A stretch of 64,000 nt of DNA from contig NC_042997.1 in assembly GCF_006345805.1 (NCBI RefSeq), forward strand, positions 191,084,001 through 191,148,000, read 5' to 3'. The stretch is from Octopus sinensis. Its lineage: Eukaryota. This document shows positions 63,048-64,000 of this stretch, piece after piece (the first letter of the stretch is position 1; each line of letters starts with the position of its first letter). Below the pieces are notes generated by a model, which was given only the letters and a program-made list of their open reading frames with translations, was not told the DNA's origin and did no database searches. A program made the position numbers and the translations under genes.

Positions 63048-63490
63048 TGTAACAAGATGAGAGTTCAGGAACACTGGAGGGGTGTCCGATCTGATCTGTC
63101 ACATACAATTTAAGTTGAATAAAGGGAGACAAAGTCAGGCGGTCTTCGATAACAGTAAGTGGTGGTTTATTCTGCGGTTACAGGTAAGAACGAGTGCACA
63201 TGTATCTCTAGTAGGGAAACCGGCAGCCGAATCCGCAGGACTGGTTGCAAGGTTTTCTCATGCGAGTCAAGATGGTTCGCTCCCGCTTCGTTGGGGTGAG
63301 GTTCTCTGAGTGTAGGGTTGTTTCCTGAGAGAAAGTCAAGCCACGTCAGACCGCTAGCGCTGCTCATGCCAGAAAAGACCGATTCAGCAGTCAGGCTTTT
63401 AGGTTTCAGTTCCTGCACATGCGCATGAGGAAAACTCCTGGTGACCAACCGGAAATAATCCAATTCTGCGCATGTGCGCTGAAACTTACA
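63048..63490 (-). mobile_element. Probable solo LTR (443 bp)
   Basis: Minus strand begins TGTAAG and ends GTTACA, with an internal AATAAA; much richer in GC and CpG than the flanks. No convincing TSD. Confidence 0.55.
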
Positions 63491-63616
63491 CAGTAGCGTC
63501 ACTACAAATATATATAGCAGCATCATGATTGTCTGAAGTATCCAAACACAGAACTGTCACATTGAGAAAGTAGAGAAGAAGAGTATTGAAAAGAAAACTT
63601 TTGGCTCTAAACCTAC

Positions 63617-63748
63617 CTCCGAAGCCAGTACCATCACAATCACATACAAAAGACCCTGGCGTATTCGTGCAGACACCTTGATTTTGGCACCATTCTGTTC
63701 GGTTGCTGCACTCATTTATGTCTTCAGTACAGTTCTGACCATTCCAAC
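63617..63748 (-). CDS. crb: Crumbs homologue, calcium-binding EGF exon (gene continues beyond window)
   Basis: AG/GT boundaries on minus, 132 nt, phase 1-1. GWNGQNCTEDINECSNRTEWCQNQGVCTNTPGSFVCDCDGTGFG. Confidence 0.9.
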
Positions 63749-63956
63749 CTGACAAAAGAAAAAGGATAAATTATTTGAATGTATAGGCGTAGGAGTGGCT
63801 GCGTGGTAAGTAGCTTGCTTACCAACCACATGGTTCCAGGTTCAGTCTCACAGAGTGGCACCTTGGGCAAGTTTCTTCTACTATAGCCTAGGGCCAACCA
63901 AAGCCTTGTGAGTGGATTTGGTAGACAGAAACTGAAAGAAGCCTGTCGTATATATG

Positions 63957-63989
<33 letters not shown>

Positions 63990-64000
63990 TTGTGTGTCTG

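Noticed and set aside
55952-63755. Notch, fibropellin or eyes-shut identity for the EGF exons
   Set aside because: The exons splice in phase to a TM exon and a 37-aa GTY/ERLI tail, which identifies Crumbs; no LNR or ankyrin exons were seen.

Overview
AT-rich, microsatellite- and repeat-dense eukaryotic DNA. The repeat landscape suggests a cephalopod, probably an octopus (inference, not verified). Two multi-exon genes converge tail-to-tail. (1) On +, the last 9 coding exons (1784-30892) of a divergent folylpolyglutamate synthase (FPGS/FolC family); I rebuilt the exon chain by hand and all GT-AG phases agree. (2) On -, the last 6 coding exons (63748-40242) of a Crumbs homologue: six EGF-like repeats, a TM helix and the diagnostic 37-aa tail ending in ERLI. 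Introns hold a decayed IR/DR Tc1 (DD34E), mariner deletion derivatives, hAT, TTAA and other MITEs, RTE, CR1 and R4 LINE fragments, several SINE families, a probable solo LTR and Penelope-like (GIY-YIG) elements. The most interesting signal is a Penelope/hammerhead system: a 1.85-kb foldback element with minimal hammerhead ribozymes, caught in a duplication plus inversion with template-switch scars, and about nine smaller hairpin insertions. Two of these have clear TSDs and one carries a G3-C8 variant hammerhead. Most ORFs in the supplied track are microsatellite or repeat artefacts. Repeat boundaries were read by eye and are approximate.
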